DNA of 61,906 nucleotides, counting the filler, from Sphacelaria rigidula (lineage: Eukaryota): the NCBI GenBank assembly GCA_964200075.2. It is 10 parts of 10 records of this genome, joined end to end, with 100 filler letters (N's around TTAATTAATTAA, not from the genome) between each part and the next. Parts side by side here need not be neighbours in the genome. Positions count along the whole stretch, not along the records: positions 49,609 to 55,707 come from CAXNAA020022226.1; positions 55,808 to 61,906 come from CAXNAA020022227.1; 8 more parts are not named here. The stretch is one strand, 5' to 3'. The translations under genes were made by a program, and so were the position numbers. Positions 50,191-61,906 of this stretch are shown here, one piece after another. Under the pieces are notes generated by a model. It did no database searches and had not been told where the DNA came from. It worked only from the letters and a program-made list of their open reading frames with translations. Numbering within the stretch: position 1 is the first letter of the stretch; the number at the start of each line of letters is the position of its first letter.

Positions 50191-53145
50191 CTAATGATGG
50201 AAGGATGACGTTACTGAGCACCGCAGGCGAGATTTTCTGGAGGATTCTCTGAACGATAAAGGGGAAACGATGCCAGAGAAGCAGAAAACATCAGCAAGGA
50301 GCAATGAGGTTTTAGACCGAACCGTAGTCGCGTAGACCATGTGTACACATTACGTACGATTGTTGAAGCTAGGAAAGACGCTGTGTGTGGGAGTTAGGGC
50401 TGGGGTGCGGGTAAACTAAACCCTTCTCTCTAGTTGCGGCAATGAATACTTGATGGAGTGTTTGATTGCCGCATACTGACAGATCTCCTAGGGATCTAGC
50501 CGTGGCTACAACATGGAGGTATTCAAGGTGATTAGAAAACGAAGACACTGGCGATAGCAACTTCGAAAAAGGGGGGAAAAAAATATATAGAAACTCTTCG
50601 ACGGTACTAATGTCGCTCCGGCTGCTTCTGACGGACGAATTCCGCTACATTTACGGCCTTTTTCCGACCGTTAGTTGTTGGTGGACAAGGCCTTGAGAGG
50701 CTGATGGATCAGTTCGTATCGGAGAATCATGTAGACGACCTTTGCACGCAAGCCAAACCGCCTCAAAACGGGGTACTGGACACACCTTATCGTTTCACTG
50801 TGGTTTTCGCGTACTGTTTACGTTTCGAACATATTCATCTCACTGATGTTTTACCAATATACTGGGGTCACCATTACATCGGCAAGACACCCATACTTGT
50901 GGTGCGCCGGGCTTGAGTGTATGTGGCATCGATCAAACCGATCATATCGATGCACAGGAAGATATGCTACGGTAGGGGTGCACATATATTTTCTGCGGTT
51001 GCAATTGTTAGGGGCTCTTTATCTAACCAAAACACGACTTATGAAACATGTGAGAATACTCCAGGATTACTGTCCCAATGTTCTAGGGATGTCCCGAATG
51101 AATATGCAACCGGAGATGCTCTGACCAATATTCTTGTGCATCTAGAATCGTTAGGAGCCCCTGAACCAGACAATAGTTTGCGGAAAACGTGCACTCCTAC
51201 CGTAGCTTTGCTCATGGCCTTTACGCCATGGGCCTTCAATATTGTTCGTGCGGAAATGTATTTTCGGTATTTGCGGACAATTTTGCGGAAATTTCGTCAC
51301 AGCTGAGTTTCACGGAGATGGGAAGAATTCGGGCTGTACGGTTGCTACTGTTGTCACGTTCAGCCAAAACTGCCCTTTATTACGGCCACAGCCATCGGCG
51401 GTACACTAAGCCTGGCTTGGCATACCCAGTCTAAGCGCGCCACTTGCTGCCAAGTTTGAATCGTCGTCTCTGCATGTCTGGTTGCACTTCGTGGCGTGGC
51501 ACCGCGCTGTGCTTGGACTAAATGGCAAATGGTGGGAAGGCAAACAGCCGGGCAATATGAGTAGCGGGTGCGCCGAGGTGGGGCTTGGATGTGCCAGAGC
51601 TAGACCGGAGGTAAGGCCGGAGTCTTCTGCTCGAGGTGAGAGTCGCATGTAGTGATTGAAGGGCAATGTCACCCCGTACGACACGCAATACTTCATTAGA
51701 TCTGGCCGTGGTGACAGTGGCGGAAGCTACAATTTTCCGGTGACCCCTCGAACGAGCATCCGGCCGGTGTGCCGCGGGTCTAAAGTAGTGCTGGAGCGTC
51801 CGGAATGAACATTACCAACGGTCCCCGCAGTAGTCGTTGAGCCCGTAGAAGGAGGAGTAGTCGGGCAGCAAGCACGGGGTGGTCGTCATATCATGGAATG
51901 AAATACAGAATTACTACATCCCCTGTGCTTCGACGTGCCACGGGGCGGAATGTCATAGTAGGGCGTTCATGTTTCTAAGATTTGGTCCTGGATCTGTCGC
52001 CCACTGATATTACGGGCAGCGACCATGTTGAGATGAGAGCACCAAGACCACTATGTATTTACCGCTCATTCCTGCAAATCCGCTGCATTCAGAGCACGGC
52101 TTTCACCCGAGGCGTCCTTCTGTGATTCTCTGCACCCGCAGCATTGCAGCTTGTTCTGGGAGTTTCGAGGTGACGTTCGTCTCACTGTGCATTGGTCCGT
52201 CCCTGTCGCACTCCTGGCGCATATGCGAGGCGCTGCGGCGTTGTAGTCCTCGAAAATCGAGATAGTTACCAAAATTACCCGAAGTCGTTCGTCGAAGAAG
52301 TTATTGCGAGCACTTTCCTAGACTGAAATCCGGAAGCCGTCTAACCGCTGCCGTAGAATGATAGTTTGGACTGATTCGGGTGTACGGATGTTTGCTGCCA
52401 GTGTGTCTGCGCATACGTGTTACGAAATGCGAGAAGGTATTGTGGTGACAGTTACTTCCAACCGATATCCTCTTTATGTCGGTCTTGTCTTGATCCCTAG
52501 GTTCGTCTGCCAAAACGCACAATGCCGGATGGTTTCGGCGATGTACGATGGGATGCAGCACACTCTCACTGCGCAACTTCATTGACGCCAAAATCCTAAA
52601 GCTGTGTTTTGGTACCTACATGCTCCGACGCGAATCAGCACGAGGAGCAGCAAAGTGCAGTGTTGGTCGCGTGAAGCTAACGGGGATGGTACTTGTTCAT
52701 GATCAGCATTGAGAATGAAGCGGAGGCCCAAAAACCTCACGACGAAAGCTGGAAGGCACAGAAAACGTCACCCTATACCACGAGCCCTTCCCTCGCCCCC
52801 ACCATTTGGCGCTTTACTGACACTGATGTATACTCCTTGAACGCGAATATATATGATACATTACTCAACATTCTACGAGGTCATCTACATCGCATCACGC
52901 TAGCGGACGCTGTTACACAGCGTTACGTCCTGTACGTCCGGATGCTTCGATCACGATGCTGCAACGGGGGACGTCCGTGTGGGAGAGTTCTCAGCTACTG
53001 AGAGATGGTCGTGATTCTCAGCACCCAGGGGAAGCCGCGAGGAGGCGCCTCTCATATTCCCCCGCCCTACATGTACTGGCCTTCAGCATCTTCCCTTTTG
53101 TATAATTATACGACACTAGCAACGGTTCGGGTCCTACTGTAAACA

Positions 53146-54455
53146 GTACTACGAAGTGCCCCGCACTCGTATACTCCCCGCATCGACCACCCCACGGCAT
53201 CCCATGTCTCTGCACTACCCGCACTGTAATGCGCCTCCGACCGAAAATTGCATTGCGCGTCACTCAAGGTCCTCTACGCTACGCCATACACCGTCCCACT
53301 GGTACACCCTGCTCTACAGATCGTAAGCCACTCTACGCTACATGAAGCTAGGCAAAGCCGGTGTTCTCGCAATCCTCGATGTGCCTATATGCTTCTCACT
53401 GTCTCGACGATACATCTACTCCGGCGGTTTCTGCCGTATCTGAGCCCATCTTCCCACGTCCCGTACAAATGAAGGTCGCTGTACCCCCCAGACGAAACTT
53501 ACCTCAGTAACGTCAGTCGCACCCCAGCGAGACGGATCCTCCGCGACGTGTGCCTTGGCGTGATCATCGACGTGTGACAGGAAGAGCACGGCGCTTTCGC
53601 CACGGAACTGAGGCATTTGTCACTGTCTCTGCTGGGGAGGCTACGTACTCTATCCTCTACTGACGCTACGCGCTCGAACAACGACTAGAACACGCCGCGA
53701 TGCTGTGGAACATACCTGACTGGCTCTCCACCCTGCGCAACTCCCACTGCAGCGCGACGAAACTGCCAATTCCGCGGTGTCGTTCTCCTGCAACATCCAA
53801 CCGCTATCGTACACCGTACTACGAAGTACCCAGCACTCGTACACCCCCCCCCATCGACCACCCCACGGCATGCCATGTCTCTGCGCTACCCGCACTGTAA
53901 TGCGCCTCCGACCGAAAATTGCATTGCGCGTCACTCAAGGTCCTCTACGCTACGCCATACACCGTCCCACTGGTACACCCTGCTCTACAGATCGTAAGCC
54001 ACTCTACGCTACATGAAGCTAGGCAAAGCCGGTGTTCTCGCAATCCTCGATGTGCCTATATGCTTCTCACTGTCTCGACGATACATCTACTCCGGCGGTT
54101 TCTGCCGTATCTAAGCCCATCTTCCCACGTCCTGTACAAATGAAGGTCGCTGTACCCCCCAGACGAAACTTACCTCAGTAACGTCAGTCGCACCCCAGCG
54201 AGACGGATCCTCCGCGACGTGTGCCTTGGCGTGATCATCGACGTGTGACAGGAAGAGCACGGCGCTTTCGCCCCGGAACTGAGGCATTTGTCACTGTCTC
54301 TGCTGGGGAGGCTACGTACTCTATCCTCTACTGACGCTACGCGCTCGAACAACGACTAGAACACGCCGCGATGCTGTGGAACATACCTGACTGGCTCTCC
54401 ACCCTGCGCAACTCCCACTGCAGCGCGACGAAACTGCCAGTTATGCGGTGTTGAT
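53146..54455. repeat. Tandem duplication, period ~671 bp
   Basis: Near-identical ORF translations at 53248/53919 and 53499/54170. Confidence 0.95.
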
Positions 54456-55364
54456 TCTTTCCCTATGTCAGCCAACCGATCGTTTCGTGAAATCATTCCG
54501 CGAACATTAGTAATTTTGGTCTCTGCTCACCGATCTTGCGACACCACAGCCGAGGTACTCTGGGCGCCCTAGATGGAGAAGTGTCTGAGCCGTGATTTCG
54601 TACAAGCATCGAGTCTTCCCCTCCCCTAGAAGTAGTGCTGAGGTGTGGCCCGCGGAGAGGAGTTCATTATTAGATGCCCCCTAACGAGGGCTGGAGGACC
54701 AAAGAATGGTATTTTCAAGTGCTGTGTTGGACAAGAAACACGGTCACCGTAGTAACGAGGTGTGCCACGAGAAGCTCGCATCTGTCTTCCTATTGTTCAA
54801 CACGGGTCCGAGAGGCAACGTCGCCGCAGACCGCGACTACACGTGATGGCGCCATAGGCATGCGACAGGGTAAGGTGTTTCGGTTGACTGGTGTTGGCCA
54901 CAATATGTTGTTAAGAATGCCTTGCTGACCGCTTGCTGTAGAAGCTACTTCAATGGCCAATGGGGTTGCCGAAAAGAAGAATATACGATTCGACGTTCGG
55001 CTAGGATGAAAAGAGGGATGAGCATATCAGATCCTCCAGACTAGCTCGCAACTGTTACGAAACGAGAAGAAAAGGACGGAGGAAAAGGAAATTGCCGAAT
55101 CCGCCACTGGCAGAGTTATGTTACGATAAGCGGGGTCGGGGGGGGGGAGGGGGGTATTCTGGCCACTCCTCGCACAAAATTCCGAGTCATATCGTCGTTG
55201 AAAGCAGCAACGGTTGTTCGAACGAGCTTGTTACATATAAACAACGCTCATTTATACCGATCGACACCGTTTTGAACCAAACACAAGCGCAACGCGAGTG
55301 TGGCAAATCGTCTGTCACACTTATGAGCCTCTTGGTCTGGGCAATCACCCCCCCTATCGCTGCC

Positions 55365-55707
55365 TGGTCCGGTGAGAACCCGGCGTGCTCCGTCCCGGCT
55401 TGTAGGGGTGGACCCCCAATGGGGTTGGGGTCGGTTGGCGATGACGCCATAAAACACGCCACCCACTGCGTGAGCTAGGCAACCAGGTTGCTCCTTTTTT
55501 TGCGCGCTTGCGTTTTTTTTTGCGGTAATCATGATGGTAGTAGAGCAAGATCATGTTGTGCGGTGTGGGAGAACCTCAACTCAGCACAATACGGATGGTC
55601 GTTCCACGTAGTGTTAAAATGGTGAGGCACCCATGAGGCAGTGTGTAAGCTGTGGCTGTCTCAGGAAGTATCAATACCAGATATTAAAGCAACTCATTGT
55701 AGGCTAT
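55365..55707 (+). repeat. Repeat family B
   Basis: Colinear with 24346-24690. Confidence 0.85.
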
Positions 55708-57318
55708 NNNNNNNNNNNNNNNNNNNNNNNNNNNNNNNNNNNNNNNNNNNNTTAATTAATTAANNNNNNNNNNNNNNNNNNNNNNNNNNNNNNNNNNNNN
55801 NNNNNNNCACTGTTTTAGGCTTGAACCTCATCTCAAAGTTAAACCTCAATTCGCACAATTTGTTGTTACAGGGAGGATTGGGGAGAAAACGTCAAAGGGG
55901 AGAACTGAGTTGATGCGTAAGTATGAGCCTGTGGTAACTGAACAAAAATGAGCTCGCCGTGATAATGAGCACGATTCTAGCGATTTTCGTGACTTTTTCT
56001 TCTTTCGTCCTGCCGATTGGTTGACTGCTAGCTCTCAACCAATAATAATGTAGACCCGCCGATCCAACCGCCACCATTTTCGAATCCACCCACGCACAAG
56101 AGAGCCGGCACACCATTTTGAACCCACCCGCGCACAAAAGAGCCGGCAGATAGCGCAGGCCACGTGTTATAGTGTTAGGTGGGATGCACCCTCTTGGTGC
56201 AGGCCGGTCGGGTCAGAGGTCAGATACTTCCAAGGCTAACACGGGCAGCTCTGTCCTCACAAGGGATCGGGTTATAGACGTGTTCAAATCAGCTAACACC
56301 ACAATAGCTTCACGCAGTAAGCTATACCCAATTGATACAAAAGACTCTTGTTCACTCGTATTCGTTATCGCTCCTTTCAATGCTCGCTGAGCTGCTCTCC
56401 GGCTATAGCAATGGCTTAACAATCGACTCCACCCGGGCGAGTACCGCAAGAGGGCTGAATGACCCATGCCTGTACCTTTTAATCAGTCCCACATCCGGCC
56501 TAGTCAAGCTCAATCAGACCCGCAACTGTAGAACCCCAGATTTGATTATAGACGCCTCCTAGCTTCATGATACTCGCCCATCCAGCAGAACCTCTATTAC
56601 AGTTGCGATGAGAAATCTCGAAAAGCAACGAAAATCGAGTTTTTTCTCCACGTCAAGTCATGAGCGACAAGGAAGGCGAACTCAATGCTATAGAAGCACT
56701 CGGCCGAAGTGGCTAAAAAAAGAAGGTACACCCCAGACGACGAGGGCAACATCCACTCCGTTGCCCGATCCTCCCACACCTCAAACAAGGTAAGCGAAAT
56801 CTGTTACCGAAAAGCGCAAGTGCGCTTGAAGATGCAGGAGCCCACAATGCTGCTGCGGGCTAGCGAACTAAACAGACGAACACAAAATGCTTCGACGTGC
56901 TAGCCAAAATAAAGAGGCAAAAGAGAAAACATACGAGGGGCACAACGTCACATGGGTGGTACCAAAGTCAACCGCCGAAAAGTCAATCACATGCAGCGAG
57001 CGCATGGTGGCTGAGGAAGCAAGGGAATGAGTAACTTCAAGACTGCAAGGGGCCCAGTGTCAGTCATATAAAAAGCCAAAAGCGAGAACACGAAAATCTC
57101 CAGTAGGCGAGGAAGAACGTGCTCCACGCAAGTTTAATTCGTCGTCCGTGGTTGTGCGCCGAAAGAGCTCCGGTTGTAGGCTGTGGAAGAAGTCGATGGG
57201 CGGCACCGGTGTGTCCTGGATGTTGGAAACAGAGGGAAATATCCAACGACAGGGGAAGAAAATAAAAGAGGAAAGAAAAATAATTGTCGGGGTTGGAAAG
57301 CAGAATGTCTGTAGGAGC

Positions 57319-60300
57319 TCAAAGCGGTACGTTAATATCATGTGTGCGATCGATATTATGTTGGATTCCGCGGCGGAGGTCTTTGGATTTGAGTCGCTGA
57401 AGACACCAATATCCTCGAGGTGCGGATGGACTGGTGGTATAGAACTCTGGGCGGAGCTTGAGCTGAACGGGTCCGGGGTCATCGATGAAGCGCACGATGT
57501 ATGTGTCAGGCGCGATGAGGTCTGCGGAGTGGGTCTGGCCTAGCCGCCAGAGGTTGTCACTTCCTTTGTATCACAAGTAGGCGCCTTTGGGGGGGACTTC
57601 CTGTTTCGCGCGAATCTTTTCGTCCCAAGGTTTGGTGGATACTAATTCATAGCCGTCAGCGACAAAGCGTAAACCTTCGTCACGGTGAAGTTCGCGTGCT
57701 GCTGCGCCGCGGCGCATGTTGCGATATTTCTTGTTGTTAGCAAGATGTTGCTGGTGAGGTTGTGTTCAGTACAGAAGAATAGCTCGGGGGTGCAACTGAA
57801 GGTCGGATTCGCGTTCCCAAGACGCTCTCCGAAGGCCTTGCCAGTGAGTTTTGTACATGACAGCCTCGACCGCGAGTCATCTGGTGACCAGAAATGTGGG
57901 ACACGGCGAGACGGAGGGATTGTTTCGTCACATCGTCGGTAGTAACGTGATAAGGCGGTGATTTGGCCGAATAGCTGTGAAGTACGTACTGCGTAAGACG
58001 GGCAGGCAAATATTTGGGCATGTCTCTAGTGTCATGCGGATTGATGCAAGGTTTACAACGGTGCACAGAGACGCGAGATTTGGCGTCATGTCCTTGAAGA
58101 TCGCGAGGAAGATCGAGACAAACGAGTTTGTCACCGACATGTTTGCCATCAGGTGAAGATGGCGAGGGTCCTACGGTCAGAATCTTGAATGGTCCTGTCC
58201 AATTGAGGGATAGCTTAGTCTTCAAGACTGTCTCGTTGGCAGCTCTGTCAGCGCCTTGACGAATGGTTGACAATTTGTTGTAAACCCAGACCCAATCGCC
58301 AACCTTCCAAGTAGGTCGTTTGTGCATCAGGTTGTAGAGAGCATTATTAGATCTCTCAAGGCGCGAGGTGTTGATAGCGTGTTGTTCACGCACGAGAGTG
58401 AAAGCTTTGCGCGGGCGTGCACGCGCCAGATCATGGTAGGATATCTGGTCCTGATCCAAGCCTTGGTGGCCATCGAAGGTGTGTCTCTCAGACACGGTGA
58501 TGGACAAACGCGGGTAGTGGCCGAGATGTAGCTCGTTCGGAGAAAGACCGGTAGCAGCGTTGACGGAGTTGTTATAAGACAACATGACATGTGAGAGATG
58601 GAGATCCCAATCGTTTTGTCGATCGTTGACTACCATAGACAGCATCTGGGCCGTGGTGTGGTTAACTCTTTCAGGACCACCGTTACCATTAGGGTGGTAA
58701 GCGCTTGTGGCTATTTTTCAAATGCCCAGGAGCGTATACAGTTCGTCCGAGAGATCGGAGCAAAATCGCTGACCATTGTCGGAGAGAAGCCGTTTCGGGC
58801 AACCGCAGTGCTTGATATAGTCATGAACTAAGATATTAGCTGTGCCCGCTGCTGTGAAGTCTCCAGCGGTGACTGCGTACATGGCTGCGTGACGGCTGAA
58901 GCGATCGGTAAAGAGTAAGATGTAGATGTTGCCACGGTCAGTGAGCGGTAAAGGGCCAAAATAGTCGAAAGACACGAGGTGACCAGGAGCGTTGAGAAGT
59001 GCTATCGAAATAACTGGCCAACGTATAGTCTGTCGTGAGGTTTTGCGAGCGTGACACTTGAAGCAGCGCCGAATCCAGAAGCGGGTGGACACTTCCATAC
59101 CTATCCATCAGTAGAAACGTTCGAGTAACGCTAACGTGCGCGTGACACCAAGGTGGCACGACAGGTCAGTATGGAAGCCTTTCATTACCCACGGTCGCAT
59201 CAAAAATGGGACATATATCCGAGTGGGTTCATCGTGGAGTACGCGTGCATGGCATCCAGTGGGCGCGGGTGAAGTTACACCCTGCTGGGGCGTGGGACGG
59301 CGGACAAGCAATTCGATTCCGTCATCAGTTGTGAAGATAGTAGCTTTGCGTACGAGTTCGTACACCTCAGCGGCGTTTGGTGGTGGCAGTGTGCGAATCG
59401 GGGCCAACAAATTGACCGGGATAGGAGCAGGGCAGCCAGCACGGAGGTACCGCATGGTTGCGCGGCATAATGGTTCTGCTTGTTGTTCCCGAGCCCAATC
59501 GCGATGGGAGTAACTGGCGAGAAATTCGCAGAGTTGGTCTTCCGCCGGAGAGCCGACCAGACATGGTGGCTCAGGAAGCGGTGAAACAGGCGACGGGGGG
59601 GAGATGCCCACGTTGATGTGAACATCGGAAGCATCAGAAGGGGTGGGCACTGACGGGACCGCGATGGGCGGCGATGTCGCAGTAGTGCGCACCGGAGATT
59701 GCGGTCGACGCTTGTTGTTAGAACTGCGCGTGGCGGGGGTTGTCAAGGCTCGTGGTGCGGTGTTGCGAGGAGCCGGCGCTACGTTGCTCGTAGGAGCAGT
59801 AGGAGTTGTCGGTGGCGGTAGGGCGCGGGGAGGGTTAGCGCGGGCGGCAGACCGAGAGCGTGTGTTGTCGGAAATGAGATGGACAACTGGAGCGGGCGAA
59901 ACTGCAATTTTGGCGCGAGGACTGATAGTACGGAAATCGGCGAAATCGGCGTCGGTGGGTTGTAGCCCACTCAAGAATGCATCATACGGTAGGGCGCGGG
60001 GGCCGCCCATGTGCATACCCGTCTCTGGGCAATGAAGGTCAAGGGCGGAAGTGGGCGTTGAGAAACGCCGGATAGGATACACACCGGGTTCATCGGGTTC
60101 AGTTAGTCGACAAGCGGGGCTGAAATCCACAGCCGTTGGAGGGAGGGGCAAGCGGGAGAGAAGTTCAGCATTCCCGTTGGTTTTGCCAGGGCGGTGTTTG
60201 ACAGTATACTGATAAGCTGTCAGGAACTCCAACCAGCGTTGCACACGCGGGTTATGCTCGCCAACTTTGGCGAGTTGTTCAAGTGCTCCGTGATCCGTGT

Positions 60301-61845
60301 AGATTTGAAAAGGCACATGGAACAAATATTGTCGAAGGCGCTTTATGGCTCGAGTAATGACTCCGCCTTCCAGCTTCAGTGGACTCCAGTTGGCCTCGTT
60401 GGGAAGGGTGGCGCGACTGATATAGAGGATGGGTCGAATAGAGCCATCGAGTTGAGGCTGGTTCAGGACCGCGCCGAGCCCGTCGGTGCTCGCGTCTGTA
60501 TGTAGTTGAAAGAGGCGAGAGCCGTCTTGTACGGCATCCCAGTCCGGGAAACAAAGGACCGGTTTTTCAGTGAGCGTTTTCAGCTAGTCACGCACGATAG
60601 CTTCCATATCTTTGGTGAGGACAAACGCGGCGCCTTTTTTCAGCAAGTCCGTAATGAGGCGAATCCGTTTGGACAGGTTAGGCAAACATTTGCGATAATA
60701 GGACAGTCCGCCCGACAATGAGCGGAGCTGAGTGATGTTCGTGGGCATCGGCAATTCAGTCATTGCTCTGACTTTGTTGGTTTCGGGGTGTAGACCCGCC
60801 GGTAAAATTGAGTGTCCCAGAAAATCCACTTCAGTCGCGCCAAGGCGAGCTTTGGATGGAGACAGTTTCAAATCGTGCTTCCGGAGGCGAGAAAGAAACT
60901 CTCGCAAGGTGCGCACATGCACAAGAGGGGAGGCATCGAATGCGATAGCGTCGTCCAAGTACATGATGACGTGTTCGAGATTCTCTGTAACGCGTTGCAT
61001 TAAGCGTTGAAAACAACCTGGTGCAGTGGCGGCACCTTGTGGCATACGGAGTCATTTGTAGAGTCCAGAAGATGTACAGAAGGCTGTCAGCGGGACTGTG
61101 TCATGGTAGATGGCATTCTGGAAAAATCCAGAAGCGAGGTCGAAGGTATTGAATATTTTGCCTTCGCCTAGAGGGTCGAAGACTTCATCTATGCGGGGAA
61201 TGGGAAGTTTTCTCACTACAGTGACGCGATTCAACCGTGGATAATTCACGGTGATGCGTATATTTCCATCCTTTTGGGGGACGACCGCTAGCGATGAAGC
61301 CCACGGAGAAGAGGAGTGTTCGATTAATCCGGCACCTAAGTACGCATCTAAAATGGCGTTAACCGTTTTGGTAAGGATGAGGTTCGTGCGATACGGTCGA
61401 GAAGAGATTGGCGAAACGCCAGGTTGAAAGGTGATTTCAAAGGGCAGCGTTTTGCAATGCCCCAGATCCGTTTTGGATCGAGCAACTCTGTCTTGGTACT
61501 CCAATAAAACATCGCTCAATTCTTTGATCACAGCGGGTTCCCAACCGGGTCCATGTAGGTCAAAATTGATGTCACGTAAATGGGGTGGAAGTTGATCCCA
61601 CATGTGCAAGAAACGTTTCCGAGATTCTGGTGATAGGCGTTGCAGCACTTCAGCAGGAAGTTCGGCCGTTGACGGTGCAGGGTCCACGGTGTGAATACGT
61701 GATGGAGACAAAGAGGTTACATCGAAGTAAGGCTCATCGACGAAATTGACAGAGCCGTCTGTCGGAGGCGCTGGGTTGGGCGTAGAGGGAGTGGCACATG
61801 TCTCAAGTGAAATGTACATGAGGGGAGCAGCAGCAATACTTAAAA
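57319..61845 (-). mobile_element. Degenerate Ty3/Gypsy (chromovirus-like) pol: RT, RNase H, Pro-rich linker, integrase, chromodomain-like region, extra C-terminal domain
   Basis: RT: SPWAS, PIPRIDEV, FDLASGFFQ, MPQG...APGCFQR, YLDD. RNase H: YTDHGAL, NAELLSRLP. Integrase: CHLGVTRT, CFKC, DYFGPLP, LLSDNG, WTGPF. Several stops and frameshifts; final TGA at 57319-57321. Confidence 0.95.
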
Positions 61846-61906
61846 GAGTCATCTGACGATAGGGGGGGGGGTATTTTGGGGCATTTGTTGCTCGAAATTT
61901 CGAGTC
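61846..61906. mobile_element. Terminus of a GAG...CTC MITE (same family as 1331-1496; another end at 49609-49643)
   Basis: Approximate reverse complement of 1436-1496. Confidence 0.85.

Noticed and set aside
52066..52591. Ulp1/C48 protease-like hints (NHPALCV, QNKLQCCG) on the minus strand
   Set aside because: They are in different frames, widely spaced and lack the Trp and Asp motifs; could be chance.
55808..57300. 3' LTR and PPT of the second Gypsy; 39-bp tandem pair at ~56072-56148
   Set aside because: No convincing PPT-TG boundary and no second LTR for comparison.

Overview
Eukaryotic, intron-rich, repeat-dense DNA. A brown alga or related stramenopile is inferred from exon/intron style and gene content, not proven. 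The window is not one locus: it is ten ~6.1-kb contigs sorted by decreasing length (6102 down to 6099 bp) and joined by nine artificial 100-bp N44-TTAATTAATTAA-N44 linkers, so nothing can be linked across them. Host genes: three exons of a PAPS-dependent sulfotransferase, the last five exons of a mitochondrial-type aconitase, a multi-pass membrane protein of unknown family, and two orphan exons. Mobile DNA: two degenerate Ty3/Gypsy LTR retrotransposons, many MITE/foldback families, and tentative Penelope-like and TnpB/Fanzor-like relics. The standout is the first Gypsy element. Directly upstream of integrase it carries a domain with the ordered motif skeleton of a C5-cytosine DNA methyltransferase that lacks the catalytic Pro-Cys, and it ends in chromo-like and Tudor-like modules. 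All family assignments are by eye, without database searches.
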